Shown here: positions 28,679 to 37,135 of the stretch, one piece after another
How positions within the stretch are numbered: position 1 is the stretch's first letter
Layout: each line of letters starts with the position of its first letter
Origin: an uncultured Gammaproteobacteria bacterium
GTDB taxonomy: Bacteria > Patescibacteriota > Patescibacteriia > UBA1558 > S5-K13
NCBI GenBank assembly: GCA_964640635.1
Contig: CAZXFD010000003.1
Span: forward strand, 65,149 to 129,148
Reading direction: 5' to 3'
Length of the DNA stretch: 64,000 nt
Made by a program: the position numbers and the translations under genes
The notes under the pieces: model-generated
Databases searched by the model: none
Told to the model about the DNA's origin: nothing
Seen by the model: only the letters and a program-made list of their open reading frames with translations

Positions 28679-29374
28679 TTATTTTGGAAAATAACCAAAG
28701 AAGAATCCGTGCTCCATAATGAAGTTATCGTTGTAGTGGTTTGGATTAGTACGAGTTAAATCGTCTTTAGTATAGGAATGAATATTGTGCCAGGATATCA
28801 AAATTTCTTTATCTAAAGTAATGATTGGATGAGAATAATCTATTCTATTATTATCCTCATACTCAATTACGGGTTCTTCAATTTTCACAAATCCACCATC
28901 ACTTTTAAGTATGTCTTGACCAGAATTAATATACTGACCAATAATAGCAAATAATTCTTGTGATAGATTTGGTCTCCACAAAAGCTCTTTACTTTTTTCC
29001 ATTGTGGCTTTTTTGGGTATCAATGCCCAACTTGCAATATGGTCACCAAAACCCCACAATGTTTTAATTTTCATTACTTCATTGAATGCTTTTACTCTAT
29101 ATTGAGGAAAGCCCTTCCAGTGAATTTTTATCCCAGCACCCTCTCCTTTGTCGATGATTGTTTGTAGGGTAAGTGGACAAAGGGCTGTCAAAATATGGGT
29201 ATTTTTGCATTCCTCGATCAGCTCTTTGGAGAATGGTATCTCGGATAATATGTTTAATTGTTTCTCATCAAACTTCATATTAAAAGCCTGCTGCACCTCT
29301 TCGATACCAAGAAAATTAGAATCCATAAGTTTTTTGGCATCATCATGTGAAAGTGTATCAATGTGTGATGGCAT
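28679..29374 (-). CDS. Hypothetical protein between the direct repeats
   Basis: AGGAGG RBS; A..LM..NFLGIEE......IPFS...IEECK.TH.L N-terminal motif. Confidence 0.8.
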   Translation of the reverse strand: MPSHIDTLSHDDAKKLMDSNFLGIEEVQQAFNMKFDEKQLNILSEIPFSKELIEECKNTHILTALCPLTLQTIIDKGEGAGIKIHWKGFPQYRVKAFNEVMKIKTLWGFGDHIASWALIPKKATMEKSKELLWRPNLSQELFAIIGQYINSGQDILKSDGGFVKIEEPVIEYEDNNRIDYSHPIITLDKEILISWHNIHSYTKDDLTRTNPNHYNDNFIMEHGFFFGYFPK

Positions 29375-29564
29375 GATAGCCTCCTTTTATTTCATTTTTG
29401 TTAAAGTTGGATTTTAATTGATAATTATACTACTTAGCCTAATCTTTGTCAACTGTAGTTTAATTCCAATTATAAACATAACAAAAAAACCCTTTAAATA
29501 AAGAGTTATTTTGTTGTCCCTCGACTTCGCTTGGGATATTAAATTTCTATCGTATATAAAGTAC

Positions 29565-29697
29565 GTAAATTTAATGGGGGTCGTGTAGTAAGGGGCGTTA
29601 GAATAATAATTAAAAGGCAAGATGAGTATATTTATATTCCTGATTTAAAAATGTATGCTGATTTATAGTTTACCCTACCGTGCTACTTACTATATAT
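29565..29697. repeat. 133-bp direct repeat, copy 2
   Basis: Matches 28402-28534. Confidence 0.95.
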
Positions 29698-29746
29698 AAA
29701 ACAAAATTATGCTTATCATTTTAAATGAATATGATAAAATAATTAT

Positions 29747-30538
29747 ATGATTATAGACAGTCATCTTCATATTTCAATAACTGATAAAAGTAAAACATTT
29801 GCAATGGCAAAAAAAGAGCTTTTGTCAGAAATGAAAAAAAACAAAGTGAATAAAGCAATTGTTATTCCTGATAACGTAAAGAATCCTTTTTGCGCAGATT
29901 TTAATACAGTATATAGACTCATTAAAAATGATTTCAGATTTTTAATCATAGCAACGCTTAAAATAGAATCGATTAATAAAAATAATATAAAAAAAATAGA
30001 AAAGCTATTTAAAAGCAAAAAAGCTGTCGGTTTTAAAATATTTCCTGGACACGATCCAATATACCCCACAGATAAGAGGTGGTTTCCTATTTATAAATTA
30101 TGTGAAAAATATAATGTGCCATTAATTATTCATACTGGCATAAATAGTAATAATAAAGCAGTTGCAAAATTCAATGATCCAAAACACATTATAAAAATTG
30201 CTAAAAAATTTAGTAATTTAAAGATAATAATTGCTCATTATTTTTGGCCAAAATTAGATTATTGCTTTAAAAAAACTAATGGATTTAATAATATATATTT
30301 TGATTTATCGGGACTCGCAGATGACGAGGTTGTTAAAGAAAGTGGTGGAATAAAAAAAATAAGACAAATCCTGATCAAAACTTTAAGGCGTAAGTTTGAT
30401 AGTCTTTTATTTGCAACTGATTGGCCAATGTGTGACATTGCAAAACACATCAAGCTAGTAAATTCGCTTCCGATATCCGAAAAAGAAAAGAACGATATTT
30501 TTTTTAAAAATACTCAAAAAATTTTTAAACTTAAATAA
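29747..30538 (+). CDS. Amidohydrolase (Amidohydro_2 family)
   Basis: IIDSHLH, GFKIFPG, IHTG, IIAH, LFATDWP. Confidence 0.92.
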   Translation: MIIDSHLHISITDKSKTFAMAKKELLSEMKKNKVNKAIVIPDNVKNPFCADFNTVYRLIKNDFRFLIIATLKIESINKNNIKKIEKLFKSKKAVGFKIFPGHDPIYPTDKRWFPIYKLCEKYNVPLIIHTGINSNNKAVAKFNDPKHIIKIAKKFSNLKIIIAHYFWPKLDYCFKKTNGFNNIYFDLSGLADDEVVKESGGIKKIRQILIKTLRRKFDSLLFATDWPMCDIAKHIKLVNSLPISEKEKNDIFFKNTQKIFKLK

Positions 30539-30737
30539 AAATAAACCTCAGTTTTAATCTTGTTTTTTGGGTATCAAAAAACCCCAATAAAATTGAGGAT
30601 CTTTGATTGGGGTCAGTTAGTGGATGTGTTAAGGAACTTAGATTATGAGAGTATTAAAGAAGAACTGATAAAGTTTGTATAAAATAATAGGGTTACCAAT
30701 TGCTCAGTAACCCCTATATGTTTTATTTCGCTTAATC

Positions 30738-31301
30738 TTATTTCATATCAAGACGAAATTTATTTTCTTCGACCAGAATTGTTCCTTTTGGAACATGTAT
30801 GGCATAACCATCAGTTAGATTTACCTCGGGAGAGGTAATGAAACTTGGGATGAGCAGACGAAATATATATTTGATACCAGGATGACTTTTTACTTCCTGG
30901 ATTTTTGATATATATGCGCCCTTTCGTCCTTCGTCTTCGTATACTATTACGTTTCTTGCTGGCAGAGAATCAAATTGCTTTCCACCATCAGGTGTCTTCA
31001 CGTAAAACTTATAATACTCATCCTGACCAATAGATCCGGAAGCCAAGAAAAACGATCCAGATAATTGATTACTGTCTACAAGAGCGACTATTTCAGTTCT
31101 TGAATACTCTTGTTTTTCAACTTGTCTCTTCCCCAGAAAAGCAGTTAATGAGCCGGCTACAATCAAACCAATTATGGCTCCGAATAGAATGCCGAATATA
31201 TAGCTTAACCAGTTCCAGGAACTATCCTTGTTTGATTCTTTTCGAATAAGTCTTACGGTAAGACCTAAACCAAGTAAGGCAAAAAATATAACGGTTAACA
31301 T
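30738..31301 (-). CDS. Membrane protein (possibly phage-derived)
   Basis: Two N-terminal TMs, SGSFFL.SGSI...YY.FY motif; AGGAGG RBS; next to tRNA-His. Confidence 0.75.
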   Translation of the reverse strand: MLTVIFFALLGLGLTVRLIRKESNKDSSWNWLSYIFGILFGAIIGLIVAGSLTAFLGKRQVEKQEYSRTEIVALVDSNQLSGSFFLASGSIGQDEYYKFYVKTPDGGKQFDSLPARNVIVYEDEGRKGAYISKIQEVKSHPGIKYIFRLLIPSFITSPEVNLTDGYAIHVPKGTILVEENKFRLDMK

Positions 31302-31455
31302 AAATCCTCCTTAGGATCTTAATATTATTTTTTGATTGATCTAACATCTTTAGATAATCTTATTATGATATCACAAATATATGAACTTGTCAAATATAGC
31401 TTGATTTTATTTATGAGTATAACAAAAAATCCCTTATTTAAAGGGATTTTTTGTC

Positions 31456-31531
31456 TGGGGTGAGTGATGGGTTTCGAACCCACAACCACTGGTACCACAA
31501 ACCAGTGCTCTACCATTGAGCTACACCCACC
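31456..31531 (-). tRNA. tRNA-His(GTG)
   Basis: G-1, ctggt-TTGTGGT-accag anticodon arm, CCA. Confidence 0.95.
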
Positions 31532-31630
31532 ATGAGTTTTAATATCAAATGTCTAATTTCCAATTTCAAAATAGACATAAATTTTGGAATTTGAAATTTG
31601 TAATTTGTCATTTCGCATAAAGTGCATTTA

Positions 31631-31705
31631 TGGTATCCCGGCTAGGAATCGAACCTAGATCCACAGCTTAGAAGGCTGTTGTTCTATCCGTTGAACTACC
31701 AGGAC
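31631..31705 (-). tRNA. tRNA-Arg(TCT)
   Basis: cagc-CTTCTAA-gctg anticodon arm, CCA. Confidence 0.95.
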
Positions 31706-31719
31706 ATATAATTAATTTC

Positions 31720-31750
31720 TCAGCCAAAGGCTGATCCGCCTCTGGCGGAA
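31720..31750. repeat. Double GC hairpin (REP-like)
   Basis: tcagccaaaggctga-tccgcctctggcgga; same architecture at 51579-51608. Confidence 0.75.
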
Positions 31751-31853
31751 AATGACAAGTATCCAATGTCAAATTACAAAAGTATTGCATACAAAACTTT
31801 ACTTAATATATACTAAAAATAGCATAAAGTCAACTATTCAAGTAATTTATGGT

Positions 31854-32111
31854 TTATTTAGTTTTTTTAAGTTTTTCAATGTGTCTTCTTATCCTTGTGT
31901 GGTTTATTGTTTGTCTGGGTGGGGTTATAACTTCTCCATTTTTATTACGTGGTTGTGGTATTTTGGCATCGAACTCATTTTCATATTCTAAATAGTCTGA
32001 ATCTTTATTAAATTCTTTCTCTAGACATTTTCCACATTTTCCATTTGCTGAAATAGGATTTTTGTGGCAAACTGAGCATAGATTTTCGAATTTAGGTATT
32101 TCTTCTAACAT
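31854..32111 (-). CDS. Small CxxC...CxxC protein with basic tail
   Basis: CSVC/CGKC. Confidence 0.65.
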   Translation of the reverse strand: MLEEIPKFENLCSVCHKNPISANGKCGKCLEKEFNKDSDYLEYENEFDAKIPQPRNKNGEVITPPRQTINHTRIRRHIEKLKKTK

Positions 32112-32230
32112 AGTTTTGTATTTATAGTCTTATTATAACAAAAGTATATAAATTTGCCTAAAATAGGTAGTAATGTTAAAATTTATAAGCAATAAAAAAT
32201 AAATTTGTATTATTAAAAAGCAATAATAAA

Positions 32231-32587
32231 ATGAAAAAATATATATTTGTATTAGCAATGGCTATTGTTGTCAGTGGATGTGGAGCTTCAAAAAATCAAA
32301 ATATTAATACCGAAACAAATGAAAATGCAATGATTTTGTATTATGGAGAAACATGCCCGCACTGTAAAATAGTAGAACAATACATAAATGAAAATGGGAT
32401 TGTAAGTAAGTATAATATTATACAAAAAGAGGTTTTTCAGGATCAAAATAATGCAAAAGAGTTTAGAGAAAAAGCATTCGGCTGTGGGATAAAGGGGGAT
32501 GTAGGAGTTCCATTTTTGTATTATAAATCACAGTGTTTTATGGGTGATCAGGATATAATTAATTTTTTCAAAAAAGAAGTAAAATGA
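32231..32587 (+). CDS. Glutaredoxin/thioredoxin-like lipoprotein
   Basis: Lipobox VSGC, CPHC active site, GVPF. Confidence 0.85.
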   Translation: MKKYIFVLAMAIVVSGCGASKNQNINTETNENAMILYYGETCPHCKIVEQYINENGIVSKYNIIQKEVFQDQNNAKEFREKAFGCGIKGDVGVPFLYYKSQCFMGDQDIINFFKKEVK

Positions 32588-33081
32588 AAAAAAACATAAT
32601 TTTTATATCAGCGATTTTATTATTATTTACAAAAAAAGTATTAGCCGTTTGTCCGGTATGTACTGTTGCAGTAGGAGCTGGTGTCGGTCTTGCGCAGTAT
32701 TTGGGAATAGATGATACTGTTTCAGGTGTTTGGATAGGAGCGCTTACGGTATCAATGGCAATGTGGACTATAAACTGGTATATTAGAAAATATAAGAGAA
32801 CAAAGTGGATAGTGCCAGCATCATTTGTTTTTTATTATGCCATCGTTGTAGTTCCTTTATTTTTTATGAAGTCTATATTTCATCCATTCAATAATTTATT
32901 AGGAATAAATAAATTGATATTGGGAATAATTTGTGGAAGTGTAATATTTATATTATCATCACGTTTATATGAATATATGAGAATAAAAAACGGCAAAGCA
33001 CATTTCCCATTTGAAAAAGTTGTTATTCCAATATTTTTATTGTCAGTACTTAGTTTTTTATTTTATTTAATAACAAGATAA
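32584..33081 (+). CDS. Membrane protein with N-terminal CPVC motif
   Basis: AVCPVCTVAVGAG...LGIDD; multiple TMs; ATGA overlap with the upstream gene. Confidence 0.85.
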   Translation: MKKNIIFISAILLLFTKKVLAVCPVCTVAVGAGVGLAQYLGIDDTVSGVWIGALTVSMAMWTINWYIRKYKRTKWIVPASFVFYYAIVVVPLFFMKSIFHPFNNLLGINKLILGIICGSVIFILSSRLYEYMRIKNGKAHFPFEKVVIPIFLLSVLSFLFYLITR

Positions 33082-33085
33082 ATAT

Positions 33086-33661
33086 ATGAGCGAAGATTTA
33101 TCAAAAAAAATTAATGAATTTGTGGAGCGCGTTGATCATATGAAAAAACAAGAAAAAATGGATTTATCTTCTGATCAGGATTTGAGCATTGCAATAATGA
33201 ATCTTATTAGTATTGAAGAACATTTCTTTTTTTCTGGTGCAAAGACCGGAAATAATGATTATTATGATTTGATAAAAGATGTTCGTGAAATGCGAAAAGA
33301 ACTTCTTAAAAAAATTATCAAAGAATATGAAGGAGAGGTTTGGTGTATTTCAAAACACTTGCTCTCAGCATCAATGAGACTTATGGAGGTTGGTACAAAG
33401 CAGCTTGGAATGGATAAAAAAGAAGAAGCTTATGAATTATTTGAAAAAGCCTATAATTTATATTCGCTTTTCTGGGGAATAAATATGAAATTGTTAAATA
33501 TAGGTGATGTAAAAAAAATTGATGATGTGTCGCTTGATATAAATGACAAAGATAGTAGTCTTGCGCCACAAAAAGTGGAAGCAAGCGATAATACTAATAA
33601 AAGTTTTTTTGGTAAGCTCGGTGGATTGGTTAAAAAGGCGATTGATTGTTGTATTGAATAA
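33086..33661 (+). CDS. Helical hypothetical protein with EEH, WCISKH and C-terminal DCCIE motifs
   Basis: Third gene of a tightly spaced operon. Confidence 0.85.
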   Translation: MSEDLSKKINEFVERVDHMKKQEKMDLSSDQDLSIAIMNLISIEEHFFFSGAKTGNNDYYDLIKDVREMRKELLKKIIKEYEGEVWCISKHLLSASMRLMEVGTKQLGMDKKEEAYELFEKAYNLYSLFWGINMKLLNIGDVKKIDDVSLDINDKDSSLAPQKVEASDNTNKSFFGKLGGLVKKAIDCCIE

Positions 33662-33756
33662 TTCCGTTGGTTTGTTATTAGAGAACATAAAGCATCTTGA
33701 ATAAATTTGTTTATAATAAAAAAGAGAGTATTGCTAGCCCTCTTTTTTATATTAAT

Positions 33757-33936
33757 CTAATCTAGTATAAATTCATTTCTTTTCTTATTATCTCTTTGTG
33801 TGTGTATATCTGGCTTTGGAATGGGTTTTTTTTCTGGTATTTTTTCAAATTTATCTGTTTTTACATGTAGATTGTTTTCTCTTGCAATGCACTCATCACA
33901 AACCCCACAGTCACAGGGCATTTCAAACTTACTCAT
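33757..33936 (-). CDS. 59-aa CxCxxCxxC microprotein (not in ORF track)
   Basis: MSKFEMPCDCGVCDECIARENN...; starts 1 nt after the stop of 33938-34135. Confidence 0.65.
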   Translation of the reverse strand: MSKFEMPCDCGVCDECIARENNLHVKTDKFEKIPEKKPIPKPDIHTQRDNKKRNEFILD

Positions 33937-33937
33937 A

Positions 33938-34135
33938 TTATTTTCGTTTTAGTTTATTTAATTTATCAATTCCTCTATTTTGAAAGGGTTGATTTTTTAG
34001 GCCCGCGCTATGGACAACCATTTTATCATGTGTAATATCTTTTTTTTCATCCTCAAATTGTTCTTCATAGCAATCTTCACATAGCCCATCTAGAAATACA
34101 TTGTCCATTTGGCACTTTATGCACAAATCGTCCAT
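33938..34135 (-). CDS. Small CxxC...CxxC protein
   Basis: CIKC/CEDC, acidic middle, basic tail. Confidence 0.65.
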   Translation of the reverse strand: MDDLCIKCQMDNVFLDGLCEDCYEEQFEDEKKDITHDKMVVHSAGLKNQPFQNRGIDKLNKLKRK

Positions 34136-34236
34136 ATTGTTTAAGTTATTATTATATTATTATTATACAATGGATTTGTTGAGGTATTCAAGTATCAAAA
34201 AAACGCCAAGTTTATTAACGAGGCGTTTGTATGCTT

Positions 34237-34932
34237 TTAGAGCAGTTTAAGCAATTTTGGCAGATATTTTCTTATAGTTGCCAGATCGCTTGAAAATGCA
34301 AATTGACCACAATCAAATAGCTTTAATTCGGTTTGGTCTATTTCGTTAATATCAACCACATTTTTGTGGGCCTTGCCTTCATAAAAATTGATTCCACCCG
34401 TTGATATGTCTTCTTCGTGGGAATATTGCTTATCGTACGGAATGCTATTTCTTACAATACCAGTTTGAATTGGAAACATTTTTTCGGATCCAGGCACTTT
34501 GGTAATAAGGAAAGACTGATTAAGCCCCACTATATTTGAAGATATACAGCATGGGAAATTATGAAAGATAAAGACTTTTTGGTTTAACCCATTTTTCACG
34601 AAGAATTCTTTTTGAGATGCAAGCACTTCAAGCAGAGCTGGAGTTGTTACTTCGTCGTGAACTATAAAGCTAATTTCTTTTTCAAGTGGATGCCAATCCC
34701 ACCTATAGATGGATAATAAGACCTTATTATTATCATCAATCCCGTTTCCACCGAGTATGTGTATTTTTTTTAGAGAATCTCTCTTGAATGTTCTTGCATC
34801 TACACCACAATGGATTTGATAATCTTTTTGTGTAAATATTTCGGGCTTAAGTAAAAACGCACTTAGAATGATATTCATCAATTCCTCGAACACGCTTTTT
34901 GTTTCTTCTGTTTGAACGCATGCTCCACACAT
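34237..34932 (-). CDS. Hypothetical protein
   Basis: AAGGAGG RBS; terminator downstream. Confidence 0.72.
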   Translation of the reverse strand: MCGACVQTEETKSVFEELMNIILSAFLLKPEIFTQKDYQIHCGVDARTFKRDSLKKIHILGGNGIDDNNKVLLSIYRWDWHPLEKEISFIVHDEVTTPALLEVLASQKEFFVKNGLNQKVFIFHNFPCCISSNIVGLNQSFLITKVPGSEKMFPIQTGIVRNSIPYDKQYSHEEDISTGGINFYEGKAHKNVVDINEIDQTELKLFDCGQFAFSSDLATIRKYLPKLLKLL

Positions 34933-35089
34933 AGCATCCTCCTTATTTTTTGGATATTTGTAAATATCTTAGATTTAATTGAGTTTTTTGTCAAATTAAC
35001 ACCAACCCCGGGTTGGGATCTATGAAGCCAGCTTGTTTTTTACTATATATAGATTAAAATTAAATAAGTTAATAATTTATGTGGTATAT

Positions 35090-36343
35090 ATGCAAAAAGC
35101 AATATTAGATTTTCATATTCACTCTAGGTTTTCAAGAGCATGCTCTAAGGAACTAACTTTTTCTAATATTGCAAAATGGTGTCAGATCAAAGGTATTAAT
35201 ATAGTAGGAAGTGGAGATTTTACCCACCCACAATGGATAAAAGAATTTGAAGAGCTTATGAAAAGTAATGGAAATGGATTATACCAATTAAAAAGTGGTG
35301 AATATAGCGATGTATATTTTATCCTTTCAACAGAACTCTCGTGTATATATAAGAAAAATGGAAAAGTGAGAAGAATACATATTTGTATTTTGATGCCTAG
35401 TATTGATTCAGTAAAAAAGTTTAATCAAGAATTAGTAAGTAGAGGAAAAAATCTTAAATCAGACGGTAGGCCAATTCTTGGAATGGATGTGATAGAAGTT
35501 TTGACTATTGCACTTGCTATAGATAATAAAAGTTTAATTATTCCAGCGCACATTTGGACGCCATGGTTTGCAGCAATGGGATCAAAGTCTGGTTTTGATT
35601 CCATAGAAGAATGTTTCGAAGAATATTCAAGATATATATTTGCAGTTGAGACAGGACTTTCTTCTGATCCAAAAATGAACCACTTTGTTAGCTCTTTAGA
35701 TAATTATTTATTAGTATCAAATTCTGATGCGCATAGTTTGGAAAATTTGGGAAGAGAAGCAAACGTCATGATGCTAGAAAAATTTTCTTATGACGAGATA
35801 TATAATATTTTTAAAAACTGTGATAGGAATAAATTTTTATTCACAATAGAGTTTTATCCAGAAGAGGGGACTTATCATAATGATGGACATAGAAAGTGTG
35901 GAATAAATTTTGATCCTATGAAGTCTTTGGCAAATAAAAATATTTGCCCTGTTTGTAAAAAAGAATTGACACTCGGGGTGCTTCATAGAATAGGACAGCT
36001 TAGTGATAGAAATGATAAAAAAATAAAAAAATTAAATAATTTAGAAAATAATTTTATTCCTTACAAAAAAATAATTGGCCTCAAAAAAATTATTGCAGAT
36101 GTATATAGCGTTGGAAGCCATAGTAAAAAGGTTGATAAAATTTATTTTGAGATGATAAAAAAATTTAAAAATGAGTTTAATATATTATTAGATGTTTGTC
36201 TTGAGGATTTAAAAATATTTGATAAAAAAATTTCAAGGGGTATAAATATGGTAAGAGAAAATAAAGTAGACTTAATACCAGGCTATGATGGTGAATATGG
36301 AAAGATAAATATTTTTAAAAAATTAAAAATTAAAAAAAATTAG
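35090..36343 (+). CDS. Endonuclease Q family (PHP domain plus zinc finger) DNA repair nuclease
   Basis: DFHIHSRFSRACS, GSGDFTHP, PAHIWTPWF, NSDAHS, GHRKC...CPVC, PGYDGEYG. Confidence 0.93.
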   Translation: MQKAILDFHIHSRFSRACSKELTFSNIAKWCQIKGINIVGSGDFTHPQWIKEFEELMKSNGNGLYQLKSGEYSDVYFILSTELSCIYKKNGKVRRIHICILMPSIDSVKKFNQELVSRGKNLKSDGRPILGMDVIEVLTIALAIDNKSLIIPAHIWTPWFAAMGSKSGFDSIEECFEEYSRYIFAVETGLSSDPKMNHFVSSLDNYLLVSNSDAHSLENLGREANVMMLEKFSYDEIYNIFKNCDRNKFLFTIEFYPEEGTYHNDGHRKCGINFDPMKSLANKNICPVCKKELTLGVLHRIGQLSDRNDKKIKKLNNLENNFIPYKKIIGLKKIIADVYSVGSHSKKVDKIYFEMIKKFKNEFNILLDVCLEDLKIFDKKISRGINMVRENKVDLIPGYDGEYGKINIFKKLKIKKN

Positions 36344-36480
36344 CATAAATAAAATAGCTTATTTTAGCCTTATTTTATAGGCTTATATGAATATATAAAT
36401 ATATTGCGCAAAACAAAAATCCCTACACGACAAGTTAAGGGATTTTTGTTTTGCGCAAGTTTGTTCACGCATGAGAAATC

Positions 36481-36621
36481 TTATTTCTTTGATTTCTTTG
36501 CAACTTTTTTTGTTGCTTTTTTTGTTGCTTTTTTTGCAACCTTTTTTACAGGTTTCTTTGCAACTTTCTTTTTTGCAACCTTTTTTACAGGTTTCTTTGC
36601 AACTTTCTTTTTTGCTGCCAT
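36481..36621 (-). CDS. 46-aa histone H1-like Lys/Ala-rich microprotein (not in ORF track)
   Basis: MAAKKKVAKKPVKKVAKKKVAKKPVKKVAKKATKKATKKVAKKSKK; AAAGG RBS; terminator downstream. Confidence 0.85.
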   Translation of the reverse strand: MAAKKKVAKKPVKKVAKKKVAKKPVKKVAKKATKKATKKVAKKSKK

Positions 36622-36747
36622 TTGTTTTATACCTTTCTTTTTATTCCAGATCCTTAATTGGATTTTAGGAATAAATTTTTTTAAACGATTCGGCGTGAGA
36701 ATTAACTCACATATTTATTATAGTTCTTTTTTTGAAAAAAAGAAATA

Positions 36748-36993
36748 CTAAACTCCAATTTTATTTCCAAATATTCCAAAGATTACACCCTCCATCAATC
36801 CTGTCATAAGTAATGCTCCAAAAATCATCATTGAAATTCCAACCAACATATAAACCAATCTACTTCCACCCTCTGATCCTAATTTTTGTTCTGCCCAATC
36901 ATTTCTTCCAAAATTTTCTACAATCCAATTTGTTTTCCATGTAACTACAAATCCAAGTATTATTATTGATAGACTTATAAAAAAATTTTTCAT
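36748..36993 (-). CDS. Small membrane protein
   Basis: FGR.DWAEQ.LG..GGSRL.Y motif between two TMs. Confidence 0.8.
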   Translation of the reverse strand: MKNFFISLSIIILGFVVTWKTNWIVENFGRNDWAEQKLGSEGGSRLVYMLVGISMMIFGALLMTGLMEGVIFGIFGNKIGV

Positions 36994-37135
36994 AAAATTA
37001 TTTTTTCTTTAATATAATTTTAACAGAAAAATAAAAAAAAGAAAAGAGTTTTTTAAAAAAATAAGCCTTTTATATTCCTCCCATTATGATAAAATTATAC
37101 TAGATAAATATTTTATTTGTTTAATTTGAAATATA

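Noticed and set aside
28402-29697. Direct repeat as a DGR template/variable repeat pair
   Set aside because: The three differences are not adenine-specific on one strand, neither copy lies in a gene 3' end, and there is no reverse transcriptase in the window.
19644-31301. Integron cassette array or intact prophage
   Set aside because: No integrase, attC-like sites or phage structural genes; the orphan genes have their own promoters and are interleaved with host genes.
36404-36751. Phe-rich plus-strand ORFs
   Set aside because: They are antisense shadows of the Lys-rich minus-strand microprotein.
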